NCBI GenBank assembly: GCA_965285935.1
Contig: OZ260661.1
Coordinates: forward strand, 128,154,001 to 128,218,000
Length of the DNA: 64,000 bases
From: Ophelia neglecta
Lineage: Eukaryota
Direction: 5' to 3'
In this document: positions 1 to 13,900 of the stretch, one piece after another
Numbering within the stretch: position 1 is the stretch's first letter
How the letters are laid out: the number at the start of each line of letters is the position of its first letter
Notes under the pieces: generated by a model
The model's input: the letters and a program-made list of their open reading frames with translations, nothing else
The model's database searches: none
What the model was told of the DNA's origin: nothing
Made by a program: the position numbers and the translations under genes

Positions 1-26
1 CGGTTATAACTACGGCACCATTCAAG

Positions 27-401
27 TAAAATGTACAAGGCCAGTGTATATTTACTAAACCACGCAAGGCGTGATTCAATTAAAATGTACAAGGCCAGCG
101 TATATTTACTATACCACGCAAGGCGTGATTCAATTAAAATGTACAAGACCAGCGTATATTTACTATACCACGCAAGGCGTGATTCAATTAAAATGTACAA
201 GGCCAGCGTATATTTACTATACCACGCAAGGCGTGATTTAATTAAAATGTACAAGGCCAGTGTAAATTTACAATACCACGTAAGGCGTGATTCAATTAAA
301 ATGTACAAGGCCAGTGTATATTTACAATACCACGCAAGGCGTGATTCAATTAAAATGTACAAGGCCAGTGTATTTTTTTACCATTCAAGGCGTGATTCAA
401 T
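27..401. repeat. 54-bp minisatellite, about 7 copies
   Basis: Unit AAAATGTACAAGGCCAG(C/T)GTATATTTACTATACCACGCAAGGCGTGATTCAATT repeats directly; explains the 18-aa periodic ORF 31..459. Confidence 0.95.
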
Positions 402-825
402 TCCAGCCAGTATATACGATTCATTCCACTCAAGGCGTGAACCAGTGTACAAGGGCTAGGGGAGTGTGTTCCAATGGAGCCACTCGTGTCTACCCTACCC
501 TCGGGACCCTATAGCTCAGCTGAGCTACTTGGAAGTTGTTACCATGCAACACCATGTAAAATCATAACAATGTGACAAAATCATGCAGAGGGTTGAATAT
601 ATTTGTCTTAATATAATTTACAAATTCTGAAAGCATTCTCCCCCAAGATAAGTATTTTCTGAATGTATTGTTTCCATATCTTCACGGACAGGGGAGGAAT
701 GTCTAAGAAGCTATGGCCCATATTATATTCCAAATGCCTCAGAAATCGTTCACTGTTATCGACGAAAGTTTTGTCCATGCACGTGGTGGGCTATACATGG
801 GTACCCAAAAGTTTGACTGCGTCAG

Positions 826-1356
826 AGTGTCAATATTTAAGGAAATGCCAATGTCGTATGTCAATGTTTAAGGAAATGCCAATGTCGTATGTCAATGTTT
901 AAGGAAATGCCAATGTCGTATGTCAATGTTTAAGGAAATGACAATGTCGCCAATGTCGTATGTCAATGTTTAAGGAAATGCTAATGTCGTTTGTCAATAT
1001 TAAGGAAATGCCAATGTCGTATGTCAATGTTTAAGGAAATGCCAATGTCGTATGTCAATGTTTAAGGAAATGCCAATGTCGTATGTCAATGTTTAAGGAA
1101 ATGCCAATGTCGCCAATGTCGTATGTCAATATTTAAGGAAATGCCAATGTCGTTTGTCAATATTAAGGAAATGTCAATGTCGTATGTCAATGTTTAAGGA
1201 AATGCCAATGTCGTATGTCAATGTTTAAGGAAATGCTTATGTCGTATGTCAATGTTTAAGGAAATGCCAATGTCGTATGTCAATGTTTAAGGAAATGCCA
1301 ATGTCGCATGTAAATGTTTAAGGAAATGCCAATGTCGTATGTCAACTTTTAAGAAA
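826..1356. repeat. 31-bp minisatellite, about 17 copies
   Basis: Unit GGAAATGCCAATGTCGTATGTCAATGTTTAA in tandem, with occasional 9-bp CCAATGTCG sub-duplications. Confidence 0.95.
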
Positions 1357-2109
1357 TATTATGTGTTTTCGCCCATATTCAAGAAAACATGTTGACAATG
1401 TGTGTTAATGATTAAGATAATTCTAATGTCGTGTGTTGAATTTGATATCAATTATGTCACGACGAAGTATGTCAGGCAATCACATTAAAGCCGAAAATGT
1501 GACAACCACCATTGCCGATTACACAGGTTTATAAAAGCTACATGGTTTAAATAAACCATATAGGGATGAAATATGTGGAGTTTGTTATCAAAATATCCTG
1601 AGCAGGCCTAAGTTTGTATTTATTGTCTTACTTATACAACATAAATTAATCCCTTGAAGGAGAGAAAAAGAGGAAAATCCATTTGATTCTATAGTACGTT
1701 TTTAAAACTGGATTGCCGAGTTGGAGTTATTGAGCTAGGGCGGTTTGCAGTAGAAAATACTGAACACATGTGAACAGTTGGTATACCCGTATGATCCGGC
1801 GGCCAACCAGTTTATTTTAAATATAGAGTTCGCGGGTTGTTCAGATATAGGGGTTGAGGGACAGATTTTAAGAAACAATTGATGCTTGGTGTCGGAAGTT
1901 AGCATATATATGAGCTGTCGAGTGTCAATATTTAAGAGAATATGTGTGGCGTTTGTCCGAAGATAAGACCCAGAAATCAGAGTGTCGTGGTCGATACAAA
2001 ACCTTGTGTGTCGATCGTGTCGACTTTTCTATGGGCCTGTGTCGACGTGTCGAATTTTACACATTTATACCCAGAAGTGCGGAGTGGGGAGTGGGTTATT
2101 TCGCCATAC

Positions 2110-3620
2110 TATTGGGATTGAAACGGGCTAAGAATGTTTTCCCATGCAAGATTAAGATTACACAGGACTTAAACATTTCGCAGTGATACTCGTGGTTGTT
2201 TCTCTTCCTATCTTCTAATTAACGCTACCTCAAAAAATCAAGCAATAAACCGAATATTAAATGAGTTGAGGAAGCTTCTTCGGGCTGCTTGGCAGTGTAT
2301 AGGGAATTAAAGCTGGAGCTTGGCTTGTGGAAGTCCCAAAGGCAGTCTCGTCTGCCTCGCGGTTCCCGAACCGCAAAGCCTCAGCAAGGTTTTATATTTA
2401 ATGTGCCGTATCGTCGATAAAATACCGAAAGATCTCCTTATCAATCAAAAACTCCATTAAAGTTGGACGCTTAGGGACTTATTGTGTCAGAAGAGGCTCC
2501 AATTTCTCTTGCAAATTTGACATAAGCAGGCATCCAAAGGCAGATACACCAGGATTAAAGGTAATAACACATCAGTGCCACTTTTCCCCAAACTGTGATA
2601 ATGGCAAAAACTGCGTTTAAACATCAAGATCCAAGTTTCATTGATCTTGAGGCACGAACGGGTTACTGTAACCCACGAAGAAGCCGAAGGCAGGAAAACT
2701 TGGCGAATCATATTTCAGCCTGAATTTCTGACACTTATTACATCGCTGAGTTAGGATATCGTGATTTCCTGGAAAAGAATGGTTACGCAGGGAAATCGCT
2801 TCCAGAAAAGTTTCGTACATTTTCTCGAAAGATATTACAGGTTAAATATTCTCTCATTCGCAATTCGGTTTAGTCTTTGAAATATGTTTACGATGTACTA
2901 TCGAAGTTATGTCTGTTGTATAGGAAAATATCGTTTCACGGGCTATATCAAGTTATATAATGTAAACTGTGTGATAATTGTCTTTAATAATTTTAATGCG
3001 TTTCATTCTTTGTATTAATTACTAATAGATTACAGTCGGGGTCACGATAATAGCCCTTTTAACGGCAGTACCTCGGGCTGGTCCCCAATACGCCCGCAAA
3101 AAATGACTTTTGAGAAGAGACTGATGATTTCGAATCTATGATATTGCTTTAATCTGTTAATTGTACGACATTCAGGTACTCATTTCCGATTTATTCTCTT
3201 CTCACGGCTAGGACTGACCAGGACACCATCGTTAACAGATCATACACAGTTGAGTGTACGAAAATAGAGAACTATCTCAAGTATTTTGTTTCCTTGAGGT
3301 GTTTTTTCACGAACTCTGTAGCAGACTGGCTGGAGAATACATTCTGCACATTTGGGAGGCAGTGGATGCATATTACTTTACTTTACTTTACTTTACTGGA
3401 TGTATTGGGAGCTGGGGCAAGTTATAGGTGTTCTGTTTATTTGATTTTTGTAAGATAAAATATGTTTGAATTACCAATAATGTGGCCGTCTGATTCTGTG
3501 GGATGGGAATACAGATAGTTTGTAGGAAATGATGAATGGAACTTGATTTCCTTATTGCCTTTAAGTAGTCAGGGGCATGTTTCAATAAGCATCAGGTCGA
3601 GAAGGAAATGTCATTGGATA
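2110..3620 (+). mobile_element. Highly decayed L1/Tx1-like LINE ORF2 (post-RT half)
   Basis: Manual translation across broken frames gives FPCKIKITQDL, KLELGLWKSQRQS, LSKVLYLMCRIVDKIPKDLL, RIKGNNTSVP and ECTKIENYLKYF..FFTNSVADWL, in the order expected for an L1/Tx1 ORF2 C-terminal half. Many stops and frameshifts. Confidence 0.4.
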
Positions 3621-3670
3621 TGATACAAATGGTCATTACCAGGAGACTGTGTGGCTTAGCCAGCCGGATG

Positions 3671-3858
3671 CTGTGGCGGATTTAGGCCTCCCCCCCCCCC
3701 CCCCCTTGCCAAAAAGTGGGCCCGGACCAGGGCCTATTTCTGGACCCACGCAAGGTGGTTTCAGAGGGTTGGTACCGGGGACAATCCAGACATTGGCCTT
3801 ATCAACCTTGGAAAATTTGCCCCCCCCCCCTTCCTGAAATCCTGGATCCGCCACTCTG
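3671..3858. mobile_element. MITE (CAGTGGCGGAT-type TIR, hAT-like), copy 1
   Basis: Ends C(T)GTGGCGGAT ... ATCCGCCACT(CT)G; CGGATG repeated at 3665-3670 and 3859-3864; interior homologous to 9743-9919. Confidence 0.8.
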
Positions 3859-5499
3859 CGGATGGGAGCAGACGGCTTGTCTTTAGCAGGCATTCCAGGA
3901 TCGCTCACCATTGTGCCTGATTGGGCATTAACTAAAAGCATTGTTCGGTGAAATTCGGCCTCACTTATTTCTTGAGTTGACGGGGAAACCCTGCTCGCTG
4001 CATTAACAACTTTCCCTTGTCTGATCGAGTAGAAAGGGGCGCCTGAGCACGGGAGGCAGTATGAGACTTAGACCTAATTGAGCAGAGAAACAGATGGCCC
4101 GGACGATACATAAAGATACCATCAAGTTACGCTCGAAAACATACCCTCCATTTTACGACCAATGCTTTCTAACCTTACAAGTAGGCCTACAGTTCTCAGC
4201 TGCTCCGTCTTCAATCATCAAAGAATGAAGTTCTAAGATATGTCAAGCGAGGTGTAAGACATGTATAGCGAGTTGGAAGTTAGGCGAGTACATTCTTATA
4301 CATACATTTTAACAAACTATTGTTCCCTTTAGAAGGATAACTAACCCACTTTCACAAATCAGATAAGGAGAGATTAATTAAAGAGCATAAGACACTTATA
4401 TAGTCAGTTTATTGGGTGTATTGTTTATTATTTTTATTTACGTTACAATTAGCACGAAGAAAATAAGAAGAAGGGGGGGGGGATCTTCCAGCAGATTGAA
4501 AAATCTACGATTACTGTGTTACATAGTGTCGATGCAATAAACACCTGTCTATTCGTGAATACCAGTCTATTTGCAGATGACCTTTATCTATTCGCTGGAG
4601 GACAATTGATCAATCTTTTGATCCCAATTGAAAACTTGTCTATTAATAAACTCAAGTAGCTAATAAACATTGTCTGCATACCATGTATGGGGAACGACCA
4701 CTATTTTGTTAGAACTAGAAAAAACGGTTCACAGATGTCACATTCAGTCTCGGTTTTCTGGTAGGATAAAAGGTTTTCGTTTCGTTTTTTCATAACTATG
4801 TAAATCCATAGATTTCACATTAGCAGCGTTCTCAGTCAGTTTAGTAAACATTTCCCTGCTTATAGATCTATTCAGGAATCTTTCGACCTGGATGGATAAT
4901 GGTGTGTAGATACGAAAATGGCCAAAAATGGCGACATAAGTTTACAGTACCATTAAATTAAGGCCAACGAAAACTCACACGAAATAAACAGAGGCTTAAT
5001 GACTGTATGAAGAAGAAGCGCAGAGATGAGTGATGATCATAACAGTCAATGATTCTATCCTCGGTAAACAGATTTCCTCTCGGTGAGCAGTGCATATGGA
5101 AGATATTTTGCGTCAAATCGCATTTTCAAAATTTGAATTTGAATCATGATATTTAAATTTGATTTTCATACTTAAAATTCGAATTTGTAAATTACAATTT
5201 TGATTTCATAAAAAATTATTGTGGAAACTTATTTATGAATTCCACTTTTATAATTTTCTTTTTCCAAATATGAAATAACTGTTTCGATTACATAAAAAGT
5301 ATTTGTGGAAAATTATTTTCAATATATACTTTTATAATTCATTTTATAAATATGAAAATATTCTTTTGATATATGTTAGTATCAATTGTAACATTTAAAC
5401 TTTCTCGTATATTGTGCTGATTTTATTTCTTATAATAAAACGCTCCTCAAACGTTATTAAAGCCGGTATTGGTGGTGAATTCACGGGGCCAGAAGTGTG

Positions 5500-6260
5500 C
5501 CTATACTAAGTCTGGTTTACCACACATTTTTCTTCAAAACAGCAGCGCCAGACGAAAAAAAGTTGGGCCATTGGTAAACCTTCCATGTCCACAAAATGCG
5601 TATGTTAAGCCGACAACATGTTCGCGACCCATTTGCGGAGTACGGGAACAAGTTCCGCTCGCACTGCCTGCTATATTCTGCACATCTCGCCAAAAAGTGT
5701 TTCAAAGTGCACTTCGATATTGACCTCAATAGAAAACAGGTATTATGAGAATACACCAGGGGCGCTACTTTCGTGCAATCACATGATACATTATTCAACA
5801 GGAGGTCTGTGCTATTTGCTCAAAAGGTAACTTGCCCCTTCAAAATGTAGTTTAAGTCAAGTAGACCCGTAAATTCCGTGGCAATTCTCTCTTGTTCATT
5901 TCTAAATACGGCTATTATGCCCTTCTCTATTTTCAGCTTTTATCACCAAACTTAGCACTTTCTGCCATCTTAATTACCCCACCCCCCACTGACATATTTA
6001 ATGGAAAGGCCTTATCGAAGCAGCGTCTCGGACGCCCGTGGTATATCTTGGACCCAGGGGAACATGTTCGGAAATCCTGTATAAGTTATTCATGGCCATG
6101 GGAATACATTGCCGGAGGCATGGTATTATAACTGAGCTGGCCATGTAGGGAATAAGCTGTCGTTGTTGGATGATAAATGTCTCAAATTTGCCAGTGGATC
6201 AGAAAGATGGATATAACACAACCCTCGATTAATGGCGAAGAAAAACTTGGATATGACGCA
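5500..6260 (-). mobile_element. Possible very old LINE 3' relic
   Basis: Weak motif remnants on the minus strand (PWVQDI; HRPPVE*CIM; IEVHFETLF..C..R) resembling a LINE ORF2 C-terminus. Confidence 0.22.
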
Positions 6261-6402
6261 CCGCCAGGCTAGTCCCGTGATCGCAGCTGCTACCAGGGCC
6301 GGAATCCCAGCTGCTACCAGGGCAGGAACTAAGAATTCTGAAAGTAGGTCGAACTCACCAGGAATGCCCCTTGAGCTGTGCCCCATGATTGGGGTGAGAA
6401 CT

Positions 6403-7163
6403 CGCCCCCCCCCACCAGCGGCCCCTCCCCCCACCCGCGCCCCCTCCCCAACCAGCGCGCCCTCCCCCCACCAGCGCCCTCCCCCCACCAGCGCCCTCCC
6501 CCCACCAGCCCCCCCCCACCAGCGCCCCCCTCCCCCACCAGCGCCCCCCTCCCCCACCAGCGCCCCCCTCCCCCACCAGCGCCCTCCCCCCACCAGCGCC
6601 CCCCAACCAGCGCGCCCTCCCCCACCAGCGCCCTCCCCCCACCAGCGCCCTCCCCCCACCAGCGCCCCCCCAACCAGCGCGCCCTCCCCCACCAGCGCCC
6701 CCCAACCAGCGCGCCCTCCCCCACCAGCGCCCCCCAACCAGCGCGCCCTCCCCCACCAGCGCCCTCCCCCCACCAGCGCCCTCCCCCCACCAGCGCCCCC
6801 CAACCAGCGCGCCCTCCCCCACCAGCGCCCTCCCCCCACCAGCGCCCTCCCCCCACCAGCGCCCCCCAACCAGCGCGCCCTCCCCCACCAGCGCCCCCCA
6901 ACCAGCGCGCCCTCCCCCACCAGCGCCCTCCCCCCACCAGCGCCCTCCCCCCACCAGCGCCCCCCAACCAGCGCGCCCTCCCCCACCAGCGCCCTCCCCC
7001 CACCAGCGCCCCCCAACCAGCGCGCCCTCCCCCACCAGCGCCCTCCCCCCACCAGCGCCCTCCCCCCACCAGCGCGCCCTCCCCCACCAGCGCCCTCCCC
7101 CCACTAGCGCCCCCCCCCCACCAGCCCCCCTCCCCCACCAGCCCCTCTCCCCCACCAGCGCCT
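6403..7163. repeat. C-rich (G-rich on minus) minisatellite of CCACCAGCGC(GC)CCTCCCC-type 17-21-bp units
   Basis: About 760 bp of tandem variants; opens five overlapping low-complexity ORFs, a sign of a stop-free repeat rather than a gene. Confidence 0.92.
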
Positions 7164-7265
7164 CTGTAAGTTTCCTCTCCCTCCTTCACCCCTTTTCTGC
7201 TACTATACTACTACCCGCCTCCCTCCTTCACCATGCAAGATTCCCAGACCACCTCTTTCAGCCTG

Positions 7266-7441
7266 CTATGAGCTACCCCCCCCCCCCCCCTCTCCCCGCA
7301 ACCTTCGCCCTGCAGGCTACCCCAGGGGTAATCGACCCCTCCCACCTTATCCTATGAGCTACCCCCCCCCCCCCCCGCAACCTTCACCCTGCAGGCTACC
7401 CCAGGGGTAATCGACCCCTCCCACCTTATCATGTGAGCTAT
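7266..7441. repeat. Local tandem duplication, about 86-bp unit x2
   Basis: CTATGAGCTA(C)n..GCAACCTTC(G/A)CCCTGCAGGCTACCCCAGGGGTAATCGACCCCTCCCACCTTATC starts at 7266 and 7352. Confidence 0.9.
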
Positions 7442-7829
7442 CCCCCCCCTCCCCCATCCTCTTTCATTCTGCTGTAAGCACCTCCCCCCCCCATCCCCCG
7501 GTGTTTCTGAAAAAACAGGAGGTAGGACCTATCCATTGTGTAGTCTCCCCCGTAACACCCCCACCCCCTCTCCTCTGACTTCCTACCGTCCCCCCTACCC
7601 CTAAACCCTCCTATTCCTCTCCTAAATCCGCCCTTCGTACAGTGTTTTATTGTGATATTGCGGCTCTCTATTACCCTGTAGGTACTTATCAATCATTCAT
7701 CGCCTTTGTATTTAGTTGTTTGAACGGCCTTGCCCACGTTGCAGGGCTCACAAAAGATCCTATACGACTTTGGGTATTGTTATTAACGCAATACCTATAT
7801 ATCGAGTGGTTGGTAAAACCGTAATCCAT

Positions 7830-9100
7830 TAGACTGGTAAATGTGATTCAAATCTGAGGCTATAATTCGAATTTATAAAGAATACCCACGACTCTGTACC
7901 CGTCCAGTTTGGCCAACATAGGATTTTCCTTGAGGTTTATGAAAAACCATAAAATCATTAAAGTATACCTTGTTCGGCTGTTACTGGTATAGCACCGAAA
8001 CTTGGCAATAAGTCCTCAAGGAAGCACTCAAGTTCTCTGGCTTACATGCCTCAGGCTAGATAAGTACAGGGGATTATACTGAACAGCACTGCATATAAAA
8101 GGCCTATGTATATTAAGTTATTACACAAAATCATCTAATATCAATCCAAAACAAATTATATTACGTAAAAAGCATGGAAGGGAATCCGAGGCAGGCTGGT
8201 CCATTTTCTCATAAAGATAGTCTCTCTTCGAACCATCACACTCAAGTCATTTCTTAGTCCCTACTTCGAATAAAAATAATAAATTCCGTCCCCATCAATC
8301 CGGCCAGACTACAAACCTGTTTGTAATTCTATCGCCAAGCAGACACTTATCAATCATTCACACCTTATTTTTTGCCTGATGAAAGACGTTGCTGTCTACC
8401 AGAGCTTACAAACAGAGCACATAAGACAATTCCCAATGGCTACATCAATCTGCCATTGTCTAACACTGAGTTAAGATAAGAAAGCGGATTGTTTCTCCGG
8501 AAAACGAATAATTTCCAGTGTGTCTTTTATGTCCTTGCCAATTCGTGTTTGGTGATAATTGGTTTTCCAGCCTTGTGAGATATTATATGATAAGATTGTA
8601 TTGATATAAAAGTTCATGATATTAGATAGACAAAGTATTGTACATAAACGATTTAGTTAATGTTAGATTTACCAAGCTAAAAAACATTTCCATAAAATGT
8701 GGCAGTGGTGTAGAATGTGAATGACCTATTTGACTATAGGGCCAAGCGCGTCTTCAGTGCCATTGTGGAATATAACAGATCTTTGTACTCTTTCACCCGC
8801 AAAATTATACCAATTTAACAACATTTTAGTCCAATGCTGAAGAGAAACAACAGCTGTGTCTTCTTCGAGCCATTTAGGGTATTTTAAATAAGTCATTAGT
8901 GGTGTACTGGGAGACATTTCTATCCTTCTTCTGCTTGTATATCTATGTTATAAGAGGCCCTAGACGATCACGTGACATACTCTCATGTTTGTACTGTGTG
9001 TTGGAATCTCTTCCGACATTGACAAAGAACTCGTTTGTTTTATGATTTGACTCACCCCTCGGAAACATTTTGAACACATAAGTGTTGCATGTGTAATGTC
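7830..9100 (-). mobile_element. Decayed LINE relic (late RT to C-terminus)
   Basis: Minus-strand remnants RVKEYKDL.VIFHNG (compare EYKYLGVIF) near 8760-8800 and PLYLSSL..GLIAKFRCY..TRY near 7960-8070. Confidence 0.33.
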
Positions 9101-9515
9101 TTTCAAGAATTTTTATATTCAATCTTGATTGAGTTATTATGTGCCGTTATCTATCTGGAGACTGACATTTCTGAGGCAGGCAGACGACTTCAGAGGAGAA
9201 CCAATATGATTGATTTGTTCGCGGCCATACCCTGTCGTCTGCACACTCAAAACCAATGTTAAAATGTTTGTATATTTATAATAATAATAATAAGTTTATT
9301 GTTGTATGACAGGTTAATTACCCACAATCAATGTACACAGATAAAAATACAATTTATATATGAGAAGTAACCTGCACACATACAAGATTATTATCAGAGG
9401 AAAGTATCACATTGTCTTACAACAAGGAGGACGGACGCCATAAGGTGTATATGTCCTATCATTAGCGACACAAATATACATGTGTATAATGAAACCAAAA
9501 ATAAATTGACCAGCT

Positions 9516-9637
9516 TAGGTGGTCTTATTATAGAGGTGGCCTGCTTATACAAGTTAGTTTACAATGGTCTTCTCATTATGGTCTGAATGGAGAGGTGCTC
9601 TGAATACAGAGGTGGTCTTTCAGACAGGTTTCACTGA
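9516..9637. mobile_element. Fragment of Tc1/mariner-pogo-like MITE end
   Basis: Repeated GAGGTGGTCT subterminal motifs ending GACAGGTTTCACTG (reverse complement CAGTGAAACCTGTC); partner TIR not found. Confidence 0.4.
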
Positions 9638-9742
9638 GAACAGTATAGTTATTGGAAGCTAGTTGTACGTCCTTATTAGACTATTATGAAACATGATAAT
9701 TCAGCCCAACCAAAGGACTGGAAAAGCTGTTGTGAATATGGA

Positions 9743-9919
9743 CAGTGGAGGATTCAGCGGGGGGGGGGGGGGGGGGGGCTTCCCCTTTTGCCACAAAGTG
9801 GGCCCGGACCAGGGCCTATTTTCTTTCAGAGGGTCGGTAACGGGGACAATCCAGACTTTTGCCTTGTCAGCCTTGGAAAATTCCCCCCCCCCCTTCCTGA
9901 AATCCTGGATAAGCCACTG
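9743..9919. mobile_element. MITE (CAGTGG TIR, hAT-like), copy 2
   Basis: CAGTGGAGGAT ... ATAAGCCACTG flanked by ATGGA on both sides (9738-9742, 9920-9924); shares AAAGTGGGCCCGGACCAGGGCCTATTT and GGGGACAATCCAGAC with copy 1. Confidence 0.85.
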
Positions 9920-10999
9920 ATGGACGTGGTCTGTTTAGATGTGATCTATTGCACTCCAAGCTTCCAGTATGGTTTTCATATTGTTGTTCTAAGTTGACAG
10001 GTGGTCTGAATACAGGGTTGGTCTTTACGACAAATAATACATACAAAGACGTCCTGGGGACCTGCTTCTATCCTAATGAAAGACTAAATAATGAATGATC
10101 CTGCTAAGACTACCCCGGGGCACCGGCGCTAAAAACTTTAATATCAAAGTAGTGTATTAACAAATTTCCCCCCAAAAATGTAAAAAATACAATATGTAAG
10201 ATCAATAGCCATGTATGTGATTCAAATACGGCTGTTTATTGAGATGAATCGTCTGGGATACATTTAATATCTTATGAATAGGTTCCTTGTTGGGTAAATG
10301 GCCTAACAGCTGGTCATTTGCCAACGCGAAATGCCTTAGGCACCTTTGATCACATGTTTGATTCCGCGAAGCGTTCAATACTACTTAATCAGGCGGTGAA
10401 AAAGAAACTTTGGTCTCTTCGATGCTAGGACGAGTTTACAATACGTTATGCTAGAGGCCTAGTGCCAATTGCCAATAACCTGAACGATTGGAGTAATGTA
10501 TCAAATGTATGTAATTCTTTCATTGTTCTCTCATTGATGATGCCAACCATAGATCATTTTGTGATAACTTCATATAAAGTGGCTGAAATAATCCAGTTTC
10601 AAAATGTTACATTTTGTCAGTATGGAAGGATTGTAATAAACAAAGTAACACCTTACGATAATTTTCCAAACTTTCACTCACTCAGGTCTCTCTCAATGGG
10701 ATATATGTTTAATCATTCATTAAAGTCATAGCTGATTCATTTTGTACACGTTAAAAACAATGTGCATGTTTGTACAGTCGCATGTAATTAAAATTGTAAT
10801 TTCTTATATACACATATCAGTCATAAAAGAAAACATACATTCATATACTAGATGCCATTTGTTATTTAAAATTAACGATTTATTCTCCGTTGAAATAACA
10901 CCGACCGAAAAAAAAAACGAACCATTTTATTACCTGTGTGTCACCTGATGAAAGTAACTCAATAAATTATTCTTTTGTTGATAAATTACCCTATCGATA

Positions 11000-13900
11000 T
11001 TAACCTGTCCTAGTTTAAAAAAATTCTAAACGTACGGTGCTGACAGCCTGATAAACAAGAAGCAAATGAAGGCCATCTCCAACGCCCTGGTTACATAATT
11101 TATGAGTCCTATTTTCGGAGGAAGTCGAGGTCGATGATACCGCCCAGTTGCAAAGACCAGTTGGTGACTGGCAATCCTGTCAGTTCCCCTCGTGACGTCA
11201 TCCTCCGGAATTAACCGAAGCAAATCGTGCCGCGAGGTTGACCGAAAGACAATACATTGCATGCATAAAAGCGCAACTTTCCTGTTTTATATCTTCATAA
11301 CCACTTGGTGCAAAAGTTTACTTTTATGTTTTTTGAGATACTAAATTTGCTTTTTTCCGTCGCTATATGCAGTTAAGCCGTGCAACTAAGTCTTTAATGG
11401 CGTAAGTTGATATTGAAGTTAAAGAAATTGAGACAATCAGCCTCTTTGCAAGAGGCTCCATATTCCTTTTTTTACAAATCAGTTTAAATATTTTGACCAT
11501 ATGTGGTATGTCAGAAAGCCCAATATGTGGGTTAACATGAACATAATTATAAGCATTTATGAGCTTGCGGGTCTTCCCTACCGAGGTAGATACACCGATA
11601 TCCTCAAGAGATTGTAAACAATCGAACACCTGTTTTTCAATAATATCACCAGGCAATGACTCTTAATAAAAACCTATACACCTGAGAGTGAACAGCCATA
11701 TACAAGGGATACCTTCCACATTCTCCAAATACGGCAAGTGACCACGATGAAGTTTTGACGCCAAGCTCTCATTTAAAACATTGCAAATAGGCTTTTCAAT
11801 GTACTAAACTTTCGGCAAATTGATACTCCAAATTCCCTACCGTATAAAAAATAAAGGTTTAATGCCGCTTTTAAAAGAAGCTAAAGCCTCATTTAGAGGA
11901 AGGTGTCCGAGATTATTTCTTAGCGCACATGTCGCCTTAAGTGTCACAAATAAGGGTAGTTAAATTTACATGGATCGGCGGACAATAATTTTATCTCGTT
12001 GAGGTATTTTCCAATATAGTGATATTTGAAATCCATAGAAATGGGCTTGTCGTCAAATTAAATTTTTAACCTTTCACGTGCCGTTTCTCCAAATAGCATA
12101 TAATTGGTCTTGGTCTCGTTAACAATTAAGAGAGTAAGAGAATAAAACCGATAAGCCCACTGACTAGGTTCTGCAGGCCATTTGGTGACTCGGACACTAG
12201 GATTAAATCAGCTGGCCATAGTACTTGTAATTAAATGAGTTTGTCATTAAAAACAATACCATACTCTTGGTTAAGAAATGTCTTCATATCGCTAAAGGAA
12301 TAAATACATGCTTATATTTCTGTCTTGAGTCACTCCAATTAAATTACCCACAAGCCCACAGAGTCCCTCTTGACAATGCACTCTAAACCTTGTCATCCTA
12401 CATAAATCGCAGAGTGTGTCTATCACCCTTCCGTGAATACCAGATTTAATCAATTCATAAACCAAGATATGATGATTAATCATATCACTGCCATGGAGAA
12501 ATCAACTAAGCATACATAAAGTTTACCACCAACATCCATTTGGCTAAGCCCTAAGAGAATGAAAATGTTGTCACTAGTTGGCGCTTTTTTGTAAAAACCA
12601 ATTCTGTTGAAAGCTTCAGTGACGAATCGGGAGCTTTTGCTAATGGTTATTTCAAAGTATTTTCAAGGACAGACGATATGGTGATTGTCCGATCATTGTT
12701 CCCACTGGTCTTGTCGCCCGACTTAGGAACAGCAACTCTTATTCCCTCAGCAAACAACTTGGGAATGATATGCGTTCTATTATAATAGTAAATCATTTAC
12801 TATTCATCATTTAATGATGTATTAAGTCAATAGCAAGAATCAGACTTTTTCCCTTGACTAGTTCTGCCGTTCTGCCTGAATGCTATCAGGTCCAGCCGCC
12901 TTCCCTGTCTTTAAATAAACAATAGATTCTAAAAATTCTGTAATGGGAATGTTTTGGTAAATGGTATTTACCAAAACGGGATTGCTATATTGTCTTTTAA
13001 ATGATCATTGTCATACTGGTCTAAGACATATAAAGATATAATATGCCTTTAATTTTTAGCACAATAACATGCCCAGATGGGTAGACTTCCCATAGTTACA
13101 CTAGGTATGGCTACTCTACCCCTTAGTAATTGAGACACCTCCACAAGGTGATATCAATTTCAAGATGAAAACCATCCATATCTCCAATCAGATAACAAGT
13201 TCAAATTAAGTTAACTGGACGATAAATAAATGGTATGTGTCATGTTACTAAGTGAGCCGTGAAATCTAGAATTACTTTTAAGTGAAGATGCATTATAATT
13301 ATCTGGTTTAGTGCCCAATGGGGGCAAGATTTGAACACTTTCTAATCTTATTTTGATTATATGATATTAACATTATAATTATTGTCTGATGGATATATCT
13401 GCATTACGTAGGTCACGGTGATACATTGATCATTTCAGCTAGCCATATCTCACCTGGTATAAATGCAGAACCTTTAGCTTGAGCAAAGATCAGCGTATCC
13501 GATTGGATATAATTCAGGTTATTATCGCCCAACAGTTGTTTGAAAAACTACTAAGGAATTTAGTCTCTTCTTCAAACGTAGTACTGCTAATTATATTTCA
13601 TGGTGCTCGCCAACATTACAATTCCATATTTAAAAAATAAGATTATATTGTATGGTAGGCGATAAAATCATCCTGCTTGCAGGCCTGCCATATCCCCGTA
13701 TTCACTGGGGGACCCTCGCAATTTACTTATTTCCTCTGCTCTGCCGCAACATCATAAAAACCACTGCATTTACAGCAATACCTGCTTTTATTTCGTTTAG
13801 GGGGCATTTTTACCCAGGTGACTGCATGTCTTTTGGTCTAAATAGACGTTGCATAGAGCAGACACCATCTTCTCGGCCATGTGCTCTCAAGGCAAACCTT

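Noticed and set aside
27-1356. 54-bp and 31-bp arrays as CRISPR or repeat-protein genes
   Set aside because: No spacers; the ORF exists only because 54 is a multiple of 3, and it decays out of frame.
6126-7189. Extensin/formin-like Pro-rich or Gly-rich proteins
   Set aside because: Five frames are open over a stop-free repeat whose unit lengths do not preserve frame.
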